A stretch of 64,000 nucleotides of DNA. Source: Nitrospirota bacterium (lineage in GTDB: Bacteria > Nitrospirota > Thermodesulfovibrionia > Thermodesulfovibrionales > UBA9159). This document shows, piece by piece, positions 12,878 to 22,353 of the stretch; positions within the stretch are counted from its first letter, which is position 1; every line of letters starts with the position of its first letter. The stretch spans positions 320,001-384,000 of the forward strand of contig CAVOUE010000003.1 of the NCBI GenBank assembly GCA_963699545.1. Reading direction: 5' to 3'. A program made the position numbers and the translations under genes. The notes under the pieces are model-generated. The model was given only the letters and a program-made list of their open reading frames with translations. It made no database searches and had not been told where the DNA came from.

Positions 12878-14326
12878 CTATGCTGCTGTCAGCACCTTCA
12901 GTGCCTTGAGTCGTGAAGGATGTTTTAGTTTTCTCAGGGCCTTAGCCTCGATCTGCCGCACCCGTTCCCTGGTGATGGAAAGATGCTTTCCCACCTCTTC
13001 GAGCGTGTGGTCCCTGTCAACGCCTATCCCGAACCTCAGGCGTATCACCTGCTCCTCCTTAGGATTCAGGGTTTTGAGGAGCCCGATCATGTTCTCGGTC
13101 AATTCACCTGCCTCCGAATTGTCGAAGGGCGACAGGGCGTTCTTGTCGCCAATGAAGTCTGCCAGTTCAGTGTCCTCATCACCCACCGGGGTCTGGAGTG
13201 CAATGGGGTCCTGCACCGACCTGAAGGCCTCTTCGACCTTCTGGGGAGTAACGCCGAGGTACTTGGCGAGTTCGTCATTGTTCGGCTCCTTGCCGAGCTG
13301 CTGAGAGAGTTCCCTGGATGCCTTGGTGACCTTGTTGTAGAACTCCATCATGTGTACGGGAACCCTTATGGTCTTTGTCTGGTCGATAAGCGCCCGGGTG
13401 ATGGCCTGCCGTATCCACCAGGTTGCATACGTACTGAACTTAAAGCCCTTCTCATACTTGAACTTGTCCACCGCCTTCATGAGGCCGATGTTCCCTTCCT
13501 GGATCATGTCGAGCAGGGAAAGTCCCCTGTTCACATAGTTCTTGGCTATATTCACCACCAGTCTCAGATTCCTGGTTATCAGTTCATTTGTTGCTCCATC
13601 AACCAAGGCCCTGGCCCGGGAGATCTTTTCCCAGCGGGATCTCAACTCCTCAACCCCGGTTCCGGCTTCAGATTCCACCTTCTTGTAGGTGGCCCGGATC
13701 CTCTGTGCAAGGGCGGAGAGCTTTAAAGGGTTCATCCCCTTGTTCTTTTTTCCCCGTATCAGTTTCTGAAGGTCTTTCAGTGTGCCATATCGGGCGATCT
13801 CCCTGTCTGCCGCAGCAATCCTCTCCATAAGGCCATCGAATATGCTCAGGCTCCTGTTGAGGGCCTCTTCAGACCTGTCCTCTTCCTCTAATTCGAGGAT
13901 CTCCGCTTCTTCTTCCCCGACATGTTCAGCAGCCAGGGCTGATTCAACCTGTTTGTAAAAGGGGAGCGTACTGACAAGATCCCGTATGATGCTCTTTCCT
14001 TGTTCAAGCCTTTTTGCGAGCTCTATCTCTTCAGCCCTGGTAAGGACGGTGATATTGCCCATGGAGTGGAAATAGGCCTGCACAAGGTCCTCAGTCTTTT
14101 CGTACGCTTCGCTCTCTTCTTCTCCGGGAACCTCTTCCTCAAGAGCGACTGCCTCTTCATGGGATACGACTTCGATACCCATATCCTCAAGAAGATCCAG
14201 CACCTCTTCCAGTTCGTCGGGAGAGGAAAACTCCGAGGGAAGGGCATCATTTATCTCGTCATAGGTCAGCGTCCCGCGCTTTTTGCCCACATCAATTAAT
14301 TCTTCAAGGAGCTCGGTCTTGTTCAT
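12878..14326 (-). CDS. RpoD-family sigma70 factor (regions 1.1-4), probably a paralog
   Basis: NLRLVVNIAK, QEGNIGLMKAVDKF, KFSTYATWWIRQAI, TLEEVG...TRERVRQIEAKALRKL. Region 2.4/3.0 is divergent (LIDQTKTIRVPVHMMEFYNK). No dnaG upstream. Confidence 0.9.
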   Translation of the reverse strand: MNKTELLEELIDVGKKRGTLTYDEINDALPSEFSSPDELEEVLDLLEDMGIEVVSHEEAVALEEEVPGEEESEAYEKTEDLVQAYFHSMGNITVLTRAEEIELAKRLEQGKSIIRDLVSTLPFYKQVESALAAEHVGEEEAEILELEEEDRSEEALNRSLSIFDGLMERIAAADREIARYGTLKDLQKLIRGKKNKGMNPLKLSALAQRIRATYKKVESEAGTGVEELRSRWEKISRARALVDGATNELITRNLRLVVNIAKNYVNRGLSLLDMIQEGNIGLMKAVDKFKYEKGFKFSTYATWWIRQAITRALIDQTKTIRVPVHMMEFYNKVTKASRELSQQLGKEPNNDELAKYLGVTPQKVEEAFRSVQDPIALQTPVGDEDTELADFIGDKNALSPFDNSEAGELTENMIGLLKTLNPKEEQVIRLRFGIGVDRDHTLEEVGKHLSITRERVRQIEAKALRKLKHPSRLKALKVLTAA

Positions 14327-14627
14327 GTTCTCACCGTTGTATCCTTCCCCTTGATGCACTCTGCAGAGCACCAAGTTTTCCCTTGTAAGATATGCATACC
14401 TTTCTAAGATAGATTATATCCAAATATTATGAAGAAAGCATGAAATTAATGAGGCAAGCTGTAACCAGCCGATATTTAGTCGCTTTTTGCCAATCTTGAC
14501 CTGCATGAGGGCTATGAACCGTCAGTTCTGAACTTCGAACCAGGGGAGTGATGAGCCATAAAGCGCGTGACGCTTTGCGGTCTGTCCGGAGGTGTGGTAT
14601 ATTGTTAGAAAAGGCAAAGGAGGGCGT

Positions 14628-14738
14628 ATGGCAACAGCAAAGGCAGTAAAATGCTCGGCAAAAACCAAAGAAGGAAAGAAGTGCAAGAACCCGGCAAGCG
14701 GGAAGTCTAAACTCTGCGCAACCCACAAGAAAAAGTAG
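14628..14738 (+). CDS. 36-aa basic C3H zinc-finger-like microprotein (below the ORF-track cut-off)
   Basis: SD AAGGAGG; translation MATAKAVKCSAKTKEGKKCKNPASGKSKLCATHKKK; hairpin downstream. Confidence 0.75.
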   Translation: MATAKAVKCSAKTKEGKKCKNPASGKSKLCATHKKK

Positions 14739-14768
14739 CGGGGACAGGTCCATATCTCATCCAGTGGT

Positions 14769-14801
14769 CCCTTCGCTGCGGTCGTTTCCCGGGGCGAAGG
14801 G
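14769..14801 (+). terminator. GC-rich hairpin after the microprotein gene
   Basis: CCCTTCGC...GCGAAGGG arms followed by a T-rich tract. Confidence 0.45.
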
Positions 14802-14933
14802 GGATGTATTTATTTCTGAAGCCTGAGGGAATACTCTGCCCTGTTCTATTAACTATTTCAATTTCAGAAGCGCAGGGTTTTTTTGCGCCTGACGTTTCAC
14901 CCTTTACGATTTTTTCGCTGCAGGAGGTGAACT

Positions 14934-15249
14934 ATGGAAGAATTCAAAGGCGTTTCTGTTGTCAGGAAGGCGAATATCTATTTTGACGGAAGGGTCACCA
15001 GCAGGACCGTCCTTTTCGCTGACGGCTCCAAAAAGACGCTGGGGATCATGCTCCCCGGCGAGTATGAGTTCAACACTGGAGAACAAGGAGCTCATGGAGA
15101 TCATGTCAGGGGAACTGGACGTGCTGCTTCCGGGAGAGGCGGCAGGGAAGACGATAAAGGGCGGAGATGTCTTCGAAGTCCCTGCAAGCTCGAAATTCAG
15201 GCTGAAGGTCAAAACACTCACCGATTACTGCTGCTCGTTCCTGAAGTAG
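14934..15249 (+). CDS. ppnP: Pyrimidine/purine nucleoside phosphorylase, YaiE family (+1 frameshift near 15081)
   Basis: [29 protein letters not shown], then ELMEI..G...FEVPA.S.F...DYCCS. Confidence 0.9.
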
Positions 15250-15313
15250 CGGCCTGTTTTCCCCCCCTGTTTTGGGGTACACTTGAGGAGAAAGACGTTG
15301 AAAGGAGGAAAGG

Positions 15314-15808
15314 ATGAAAACGTTTGTATCGTGCGGAATGATAAGTGCGGCACTGGTCTTTTTTCTGTTCATCGCGGGTCCGGCAGGCGCGCAGGAGGAC
15401 CACGGACCCGCGGGGAAGAAACTGTTTACGAAACATTTCCAGGAAACACTCTTCGATGTTACCGGGCGTGCCTCATACAGCGTGGAGGTCCTGCTTGATG
15501 AGAAAGAGTACAAGATAGGGAAGGATGTGATCGGCATTGTGGTCCACGATGCCCATGATGAGGATGTGAAGGGGGCGGAGCTCAGCATTGTCCATAAGAA
15601 CCTTTCCAGCGGCAAGAAAGCGCCCGGTACGCTGACCGTGGCGGACAAGGGCAGCGGTCTTTATATTGTTTCCGGGCTCAACCTTCAGAGAGACGGGCGG
15701 TGGGAACTGACAATAACGGTAAGAAAGGACGGCATAGAAGACCGTGCGAAGTTTGTCCTTCCTGATGCGCTGAAGGATCGTGTGCCGAAGGGCAGATACT
15801 CACCCTGA
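15314..15808 (+). CDS. Exported YtkA/FixH-like Ig-fold protein
   Basis: Signal peptide; DV.GA..., G.Y......L...G.WEL.I.V pattern; SD AGGAGG. Confidence 0.6.
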   Translation: MKTFVSCGMISAALVFFLFIAGPAGAQEDHGPAGKKLFTKHFQETLFDVTGRASYSVEVLLDEKEYKIGKDVIGIVVHDAHDEDVKGAELSIVHKNLSSGKKAPGTLTVADKGSGLYIVSGLNLQRDGRWELTITVRKDGIEDRAKFVLPDALKDRVPKGRYSP

Positions 15809-15842
15809 AGATGCGGGATGTGAGCGAAGAGCTCTGGACTCT

Positions 15843-16373
15843 TTATGTCTTACGGTCTTTTCTTGCGAATCTCTTTACGAGGCTGATCGTCCACGTCATG
15901 GTGAAGAGGATATATCCGCCAAAAAGGAGGAAAAACCAGTCCCCCAAGCCCCTGCGCCAGCCGAGGTTCACCCTGATGGCGAGGTGCATGGTGCTCATCA
16001 AAAAAAAGAGCGTTGCGGACCAGAAGCCTGTCATATACTGCATGAGGGTTGCTACGGATTCGGCGCGCCGCTCCGGCGAGAGCCAGTAGTCCTTATTCGG
16101 AAGATTGATGAGGGAAACCGGTATCTTTGTGGAGGAGAGCCTCGTTGCTGTCTGGATGACCGCCATGAGGATCACCATACCGGCATAGATCGCGAAGAAG
16201 ACAGCTTTGCCGGACCAGCCGTTTGGCCTGCCTGAACCGTTGAAATGGGAGGCCACCCGCTCCGGAAGGAGAGGGTAGTAATAGATCATGTGCAGTACCG
16301 CGGACACAACAAGCAGCCAGAAAAGCTTTTCCCCGACCCTCCTGTCTTCACTCTCCCGCATCGTCCCATTCAT
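15843..16373 (-). CDS. DUF1648/SdpI-like membrane protein
   Basis: YP.LPERVASHFNGSG.PNGW motif, INLPNKDYW, four hydrophobic segments; start placed downstream of tRNA-Leu. Confidence 0.75.
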   Translation of the reverse strand: MNGTMRESEDRRVGEKLFWLLVVSAVLHMIYYYPLLPERVASHFNGSGRPNGWSGKAVFFAIYAGMVILMAVIQTATRLSSTKIPVSLINLPNKDYWLSPERRAESVATLMQYMTGFWSATLFFLMSTMHLAIRVNLGWRRGLGDWFFLLFGGYILFTMTWTISLVKRFARKDRKT

Positions 16374-16395
16374 CCGGATGGACACTTCCCCTGCA

Positions 16396-16482
16396 TGGTG
16401 CCGGTGGTGGGAATCGAACCCACACGAGGTTGCCCTCACCGGATTTTGAGTCCGGCGCGTCTGCCAGTTCCACCACACCGGC
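16396..16482 (-). tRNA. tRNA-Leu(CAA)
   Basis: GCCGGTGTGGTGGAACTGGCAGACGCG-CCGGA CT CAA AA TCCGG, long variable arm, GTTCGATT...CACCGGCACCA. Confidence 0.97.
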
Positions 16483-16555
16483 TTTTTAGTGATTGTAAAG
16501 GATTTCCTCCTCGATGGTCAAATGCTCGTAACCCTGGTTGTGTCATTGGACCCTC

Positions 16556-18370
16556 TTATTTAGAAATAGAATTGAGAGATTGACGGGCTCGATAATGGTT
16601 AAGCTCTATTCTCAGAACAGCTTCGAATTCCCGGCGTGCACCGTTTATATCCCCTTTCATAATATAAACCTGTCCGAGATTATAGTGGGCATCAGGAAAA
16701 GCCGGACTTTGACTCAGGGCGATATGATATTGTTCCATCGCTGCATCGAGCATCCCCTTCGCTGCGAACGCGTTCCCTAGGTTGTTATGAGCCTCGGGGA
16801 AATGGGGTTGCAGACTCACCGCAACTTTATAGAGTTCCACCGCCTGAGCGATCATGCCGATGGCCATGTAATCTATGCCGAGGTCATAAAAGGTATGAGC
16901 GTCCCTTGGGTCGAGTTTTGCGGCGATAAGGTATTGTTGAATGGCTTTATCATACATGCCTTTTTCATCGTACGACCTCCCTAAATTGTTATGAGCATTT
17001 ACATCACCCGGAGATTTTCTCACGGTATCCTCCCATAGACTTATACCGCTTTGCCATACCTCGTTCCGCGCGTATGTACCAAAAGAAAAGGACACAGACA
17101 TAATGATAAGAACTGAAATCACTAATAGATGTGCCTTCTTGCTCTTAACCTTCTCTGAGAGCAGGTACATTCCGCAGACTGCGGCAGGAAACAAAACAGT
17201 GGACGGGAGATAGACCCTGTACTCGTTGATAAACAGCGGCAGCGGGATTACACTTGACTCAACAGACAGGGCAATAAAGAATCCGAATATCCCGAAACTT
17301 ATCAATCGCAATTCAGGCTTTATCCGTGAACGGTAGAGGAGATAGATGCCTGAACATATGATCGCTGAAAGCAACAGAAAAGAAAGAAATACCCGCTTGT
17401 CAAAGAATGAATGGAACCAGGGATACTCATAATAAAAGTTCTGGTTGACCGGAAATAGTAAAAGTCTTAAGTAAGTGACTATAACCCTGAATTCTGTAAA
17501 GAGATAAGACGATCTTGAGATTCTGCTGAGCCCTGACGCCGCTGAATCTACATGCCTGATCACTGCGCCAATTCCATCCATAGGTATATCATGAGCCATG
17601 TGTGCCAGAGGAATGATCCCCATCGTAAGCAGCAAGGGCGCTAAGCGAAATATCCTCCTCTTCAGCGAATCCTTGAAAAAGAAGGAGTCATAAAGGGCAA
17701 TCACGATAGGAAGAGTGAAGGCATTCTCTTTTGTTTTCATTGCCATGACCGCAGAAATAATAGATAATGCATAGAAAGAATACCGTCCAGTGCGTCTCTC
17801 GGAGAGTCTGGATTTCACATATGTTGTGAGCGAGAAGAGATAAAAGAATGTTACGAGTGAGGCAAGCCGCTGAAAGATATACGTTACAGCTTCAGTTTGA
17901 ATAGGATGAGAGATAAAAAACAGCGCCGAAAATAAAGCTATAACTCTTGAATGTGCCTTCAGATGAGACTCACCCAGGAAGGGCGTATTGAAGGTCAGGA
18001 TTACAAAAAAGTAAAGGAGAAAAGCGTTTAGGACGTGAATTGACAGGTTGACTATATGGTATCCCATGACGTCAAGACCATGTATGGCATAGTTTAACGC
18101 GAACGTTAAGAAACCTATGTAACGTGTCTTAAGAGCACTGTATTGCTCAAGCCCTGTTGCTCTGGATGGTTCAACGAAATAACTGAGATCTTTAACAATG
18201 GGGTTATTTTTTATCAGACTATCTTCGTCACATTGGAACGGAACATTGAATGTGTTGGAGTAGATGATCAGACCTGCCGCGCATATCAGAACCAGGTGAA
18301 CAACAGTTCTGTTTAAGAATCCAGGTCCCAGAGAACTAGTCTCCATTAAAGCGTGTTTGATACGGGCCAT
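16556..18370 (-). CDS. TMTC-like multi-TM (GT-C-type) protein with C-terminal TPRs
   Basis: YH.VN..IH, HPIQTEAVTYI.QR, TKE, EYRVYLP, RN.VW....LWED followed by about four TPRs; AT-richer than flanks. Confidence 0.8.
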   Translation of the reverse strand: MARIKHALMETSSLGPGFLNRTVVHLVLICAAGLIIYSNTFNVPFQCDEDSLIKNNPIVKDLSYFVEPSRATGLEQYSALKTRYIGFLTFALNYAIHGLDVMGYHIVNLSIHVLNAFLLYFFVILTFNTPFLGESHLKAHSRVIALFSALFFISHPIQTEAVTYIFQRLASLVTFFYLFSLTTYVKSRLSERRTGRYSFYALSIISAVMAMKTKENAFTLPIVIALYDSFFFKDSLKRRIFRLAPLLLTMGIIPLAHMAHDIPMDGIGAVIRHVDSAASGLSRISRSSYLFTEFRVIVTYLRLLLFPVNQNFYYEYPWFHSFFDKRVFLSFLLLSAIICSGIYLLYRSRIKPELRLISFGIFGFFIALSVESSVIPLPLFINEYRVYLPSTVLFPAAVCGMYLLSEKVKSKKAHLLVISVLIIMSVSFSFGTYARNEVWQSGISLWEDTVRKSPGDVNAHNNLGRSYDEKGMYDKAIQQYLIAAKLDPRDAHTFYDLGIDYMAIGMIAQAVELYKVAVSLQPHFPEAHNNLGNAFAAKGMLDAAMEQYHIALSQSPAFPDAHYNLGQVYIMKGDINGARREFEAVLRIELNHYRARQSLNSISK

Positions 18371-18614
18371 CAGGAATAAGATACCATATACTCACTCCTT
18401 GGCGGCAACATCTATCGCCTCAATGTTTTGCTTGCGAAATCCTCGGTAATCAATGAATGAAATTGCCGCGGCTTGCTTGGAAGTTCGGCAATTTGTGTGT
18501 TTGTGGAAGGCCTCGGCTCTTTTCGGGCGAGGGGAATCAGCCTGCCATAAGGTAACAAAAAGTTGGCCTTTCACAACCCTTGATTTATCATCTTTTATCC
18601 TATATCCTTCATGT

Positions 18615-20186
18615 ATGAAAGAAGAGTACGTGGACTTTCTCGTCATCGGCAGTGGTGTTGCAGGCCTCAGAGCTGCCATAGAATTGGCGCCGCATGGAAC
18701 GGTCCTCATCGCCACAAAGGATGTCCCCACGGAGAGCAGTACGGAATATGCCCAAGGAGGTATCGCCGTTGCCATGAGTGACGAGGACGAAGTGGGGATC
18801 CATCTGGAAGATACCCTCAAGGCCGGAGACGGTCTCTGCAACGAAAGTGCGGTGAAGATCCTGGTGGAAGAAGGGCCCTGGCGGATCAGCGAACTCATCT
18901 CATGGGGAGCAGAGTTTGACCGCGAAGGAACAAAGCTCGCTTTCACAAGGGAAGCGGCGCATTCCAAGAACCGTGTCCTTCACGCACAGGGCGATTCCAC
19001 AGGGAAGGAGCTGGAAAGGGTGCTCATTACCAAGGTCCGTACGTACAAGTCCGTGAAGAAATACCCCTTCGCGTTTACCGTTGACCTGATGGTCAACGGC
19101 GCTGAATGCGGTGGCGCATATATGGTGAAGGACGGGGAGATCATCCAGCTCTTTGCAAAGGCGACCATTCTCGCCACCGGTGGAGCCGGGCAGATCTATG
19201 AAAGAACGACGAACCCTGCAGTGGCTACGGGGGATGGAATGGCTATCGCCTTTCGGGCCGGGGCTGTTCTTGAGGATATGGAGTTCGTCCAGTTCCACCC
19301 CACGAGCCTCTACGTGCCGGGAGCGCCCCATTTTCTCCTGAGCGAGGCGATGCGTGGAGAAGGAGCTGTCCTTAAGAATATCCATGGAGAACCGTTTATG
19401 AAGAACTATCATCCCTCTGCGGAGCTTGCGCCCCGGGATGTGGTATCCCGCGCAATTATATCCGAGATGGTCCGTACAGAGAGTGCCCATGTGTACCTCG
19501 ATCTGACCCACCTCGACAAAGAGTTTGTGAAGAAGAGATTCCCCCGCATTTACCTCACGTGCAGGATATACGGCATCGACATTGCGGAAGACCTTGTCCC
19601 TGTTTCTCCTGCGGCCCACTATATCATGGGAGGGATCAGGACGGATCTGAACGGTGCGACCAGCATAAAGGGTCTTTACGCTGCCGGAGAAGTTGCCTGC
19701 ACAGGCGTACACGGGGCAAACAGGCTGGCAAGTAACAGCCTTCTCGAAGGCCTTGTGTTTGGCGCAAGGGCGGGAATTGCCGCTTTGCAGCACGGCTCGG
19801 GAGGGCGGATGCTCGGAAGTCCGGAAACCCGGGGACCTCATCCTTCATGCTCGACCCTCCCACGCTTCAGCTCCTCCTATTTAAACGGTATGAGGACTTC
19901 CCTGAGGAGGCTGATGTGGGAAAAGGTTGGGATCATACGTTGTGCGGAGGCGCTGTCCATAGCAAAGGACAGCCTTTCACAGTGGGAACCTGAAGTGGAT
20001 GAGGTCTCGGTCACGAGAGAGGAACAGGAACTGAGAAACATGCTCGCTGTTTCCCGCCTGATCACTGACGCGGCACTTGAAAGAAAGGGGAGCGTCGGGG
20101 CGCACTTCCGGTCGGATTTCCCTCTCAGGGGTGATGACGGCAACAGGCATGTTCTTTCGGAAAAAGGAAAACTGCTGAAGCAATGA
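18615..20186 (+). CDS. nadB: L-aspartate oxidase
   Basis: GSGVAG FAD motif, YAQGGIA, EAAHS..R.LH, QFHPT, LLSEAMRGEG, PAAHY.MGG, GVHGANRLASNSLLEG. Confidence 0.96.
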   Translation: MKEEYVDFLVIGSGVAGLRAAIELAPHGTVLIATKDVPTESSTEYAQGGIAVAMSDEDEVGIHLEDTLKAGDGLCNESAVKILVEEGPWRISELISWGAEFDREGTKLAFTREAAHSKNRVLHAQGDSTGKELERVLITKVRTYKSVKKYPFAFTVDLMVNGAECGGAYMVKDGEIIQLFAKATILATGGAGQIYERTTNPAVATGDGMAIAFRAGAVLEDMEFVQFHPTSLYVPGAPHFLLSEAMRGEGAVLKNIHGEPFMKNYHPSAELAPRDVVSRAIISEMVRTESAHVYLDLTHLDKEFVKKRFPRIYLTCRIYGIDIAEDLVPVSPAAHYIMGGIRTDLNGATSIKGLYAAGEVACTGVHGANRLASNSLLEGLVFGARAGIAALQHGSGGRMLGSPETRGPHPSCSTLPRFSSSYLNGMRTSLRRLMWEKVGIIRCAEALSIAKDSLSQWEPEVDEVSVTREEQELRNMLAVSRLITDAALERKGSVGAHFRSDFPLRGDDGNRHVLSEKGKLLKQ

Positions 20187-20215
20187 ACGGAAGGCGGAGC
20201 AAATCTGCTTCCGTT
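20186..20215 (+). terminator. Hairpin after nadB
   Basis: AACGGAAG...CTTCCGTT arms. Confidence 0.45.
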
Positions 20216-20330
20216 TCAATTACCGGTGGTGTCCTGCAGGTTGAATGGTATCCTCCGGTAATTCATACTTCCTTCATAAGCGTATGTCATAATCGCCTCA
20301 TGATAACTCAACAAAAAGGAGGGTAGGAAG

Positions 20331-22253
20331 ATGAAACGGCTAAGGGCGGTTCTATGTGCATTGATATTTTCCCTTATTCCTGCATATTCCTATGCGGCGT
20401 CCCTGGGAGATATGCGGATAGATTACCTTGACGGAGATGTCCAGGTAAAGACAGCGGACACGTCAGAGTGGGTCCCCGCTTCCATAAATATGCCGTTGAT
20501 GGACGGGGATGCAGTATGGGTCCCTGAAGGGGGGCGGGCGGGGATCCAGCTGAGGGACGGCACCTCTGTGAGGCTTGCTGAAAGTTCCTCCCTCGAGATA
20601 CTCGCCATTGGGGGTGATTCTTTTCAGTTTTACCTTTCCGTCGGGCATGCGTTTGTGAATTTCAGAGGACAGAAGGGGGCCCTCTTCCAGACGGATACTC
20701 CTGTGTCTTCCTCCCGCGCCTATAACAGGGCAAGGTTCAGGATCGATGTCTCCGACAACGGCTTTACCGACGTGTCGGTCTTCACCGGCGTGGTATTTAC
20801 GGAAGGAAGAAACGGGAGAACCAAGGTGACTGCAGGCAATATCCTTTCCATCGGAGGAGACACATATGCAGAACTTGCTCCCCTTGGGCCGGCTGATGAT
20901 TGGGAGCGGTGGAACGATGACATGGACAAAAAGCTTGAACAAAGATATAGCACGCGCTATCTTCCCAGTGAACTGAGCGCCTACAGCTATGATTTCGACG
21001 AATACGGAAAATGGGTAAACTCTGCCGATTATGGGTATGTCTGGATACCTACGGCGGTCTCTGCAGGATGGTCGCCATACAGGTTCGGCAGATGGACCTG
21101 GATAGGAGGAGACTACGTATGGGTCTCGTATGACCCATGGGGATGGGCACCATATCACTACGGGAGATGGGCTTTTGGGGCATCCACCGGATGGTGTTGG
21201 GTGCCGCCTGCACGGGGCGCTGCTTACTGGGGTCCGGGGTATGTCGCCTGGGTGAACACGCCAACGTATGTGTCATGGGTTCCCCTTGCACCGGGGGAGA
21301 TCTATTACGGACACGGCTACTACGGCCCGCACAGTGTGAATATAACCAATATCAACATCAATACGATTCATGTCACGAATGTATACAGAAACTCGCATGT
21401 AAACAATGCTGTCACCGTTGTGCATCGTGACACATTTGTGAGCGGGCGGCATGTGGATGTGAACGTCAGGGAGAATCCGTTCCTTAGCCAGAGGGTGAGT
21501 GTGGGAAGACCAGACATAGCCCCCACACGGGCGAGCTACATGCCGGTGGTTAAATCCATTTCGGCTTCAAAAGAGCCGCCCCGGGCGATCAGACAGATCG
21601 AGGTGAATGAATTAAGGCAGAGCCGTCCAGTGGTAAAAAACCCAAACGAGTCTGTTCTGAGGCCTGGTGCACCGGCGAGACAGATGGCGGTAACCACTGT
21701 CAACCGGCCGAGACTGCCGGGGGCAGCGGTTCAGCCTCAGGGATTACAGCCGAGAACAACAGGAAGAGAGGTGCAGCGAGGCGGCACACCACCGGCTGAC
21801 AAGGGCACAAGAGGTACGGAGGTGCAGCGAGGCGGCACACCACCGGCTGACAAGGGCACAAGAGGTACGGAGGTTCAGCGAGGCGGCACGCCACCGGCTG
21901 ACAAGGGCACAAGAGGTACGGAGGTGCAGCGAGGCGGCACACCACCAGCTGACAAAGGCACAAGGGGTACGGAGGTGCAGCGAGGCGGTACACCACCAGC
22001 TGACAAAGGCACAAGGGGTACGGAGGTGCAGCGAGGCGGCACACCACCAGCTGACAAAGGCACAAGGGGTACGGAGGTGCAGCGAGGCGGCACACCACCA
22101 GCTGACAAAGGCACAAGAGGTACGGAGGTGCAGCGAGGCGGCACACCACCAGCTGACAAAGGCACAGCCGGAAGGCAGGGTGCTTCACAGCAGAAGACAC
22201 AGGATAAGGAAAAAGAGCAGCCTCAGGAGACCGGGCCGGCAAGAGTGCGGTGA
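20331..22253 (+). CDS. Exported FecR-like + DUF6600-like (WxPY/YGRW-rich) protein with a repetitive C-terminal tail
   Basis: Signal peptide, FecR-like N-terminus (N.PL..GD.VW), YG.W...YG.VW.P, PWGWAPYHYGRW. Confidence 0.8.
   Translation: MKRLRAVLCALIFSLIPAYSYAASLGDMRIDYLDGDVQVKTADTSEWVPASINMPLMDGDAVWVPEGGRAGIQLRDGTSVRLAESSSLEILAIGGDSFQFYLSVGHAFVNFRGQKGALFQTDTPVSSSRAYNRARFRIDVSDNGFTDVSVFTGVVFTEGRNGRTKVTAGNILSIGGDTYAELAPLGPADDWERWNDDMDKKLEQRYSTRYLPSELSAYSYDFDEYGKWVNSADYGYVWIPTAVSAGWSPYRFGRWTWIGGDYVWVSYDPWGWAPYHYGRWAFGASTGWCWVPPARGAAYWGPGYVAWVNTPTYVSWVPLAPGEIYYGHGYYGPHSVNITNININTIHVTNVYRNSHVNNAVTVVHRDTFVSGRHVDVNVRENPFLSQRVSVGRPDIAPTRASYMPVVKSISASKEPPRAIRQIEVNELRQSRPVVKNPNESVLRPGAPARQMAVTTVNRPRLPGAAVQPQGLQPRTTGREVQRGGTPPADKGTRGTEVQRGGTPPADKGTRGTEVQRGGTPPADKGTRGTEVQRGGTPPADKGTRGTEVQRGGTPPADKGTRGTEVQRGGTPPADKGTRGTEVQRGGTPPADKGTRGTEVQRGGTPPADKGTAGRQGASQQKTQDKEKEQPQETGPARVR
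21768..22166 (+). repeat. Coding tandem repeat, 51 bp x 7.8 (EVQRGGTPPADKGTRGT)
   Basis: Eight in-frame units that differ only at synonymous positions. Confidence 0.97.
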
Positions 22254-22353
22254 AACAGGGAGAGGTTCTTAACAGGGTAGAAGGGAATAGCGGTGGAGAT
22301 CTCCCATTGTGGAGAACCTCCGCTTTTTTTCGGCCGGACAGGCAGGTCAGATG

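Noticed and set aside
15843-16478. 211-aa ORF as listed in the track
   Set aside because: Its N-terminal 35 residues are read through tRNA-Leu; the start was moved downstream.
18453-18614. 54-aa N-terminal extension of NadB
   Set aside because: It covers the divergent promoter region; the FAD-binding motif begins just after ATG 18615.
21768-22166. CRISPR array
   Set aside because: Head-to-tail 51-bp units with no unique spacers, in frame within a CDS; no cas genes.
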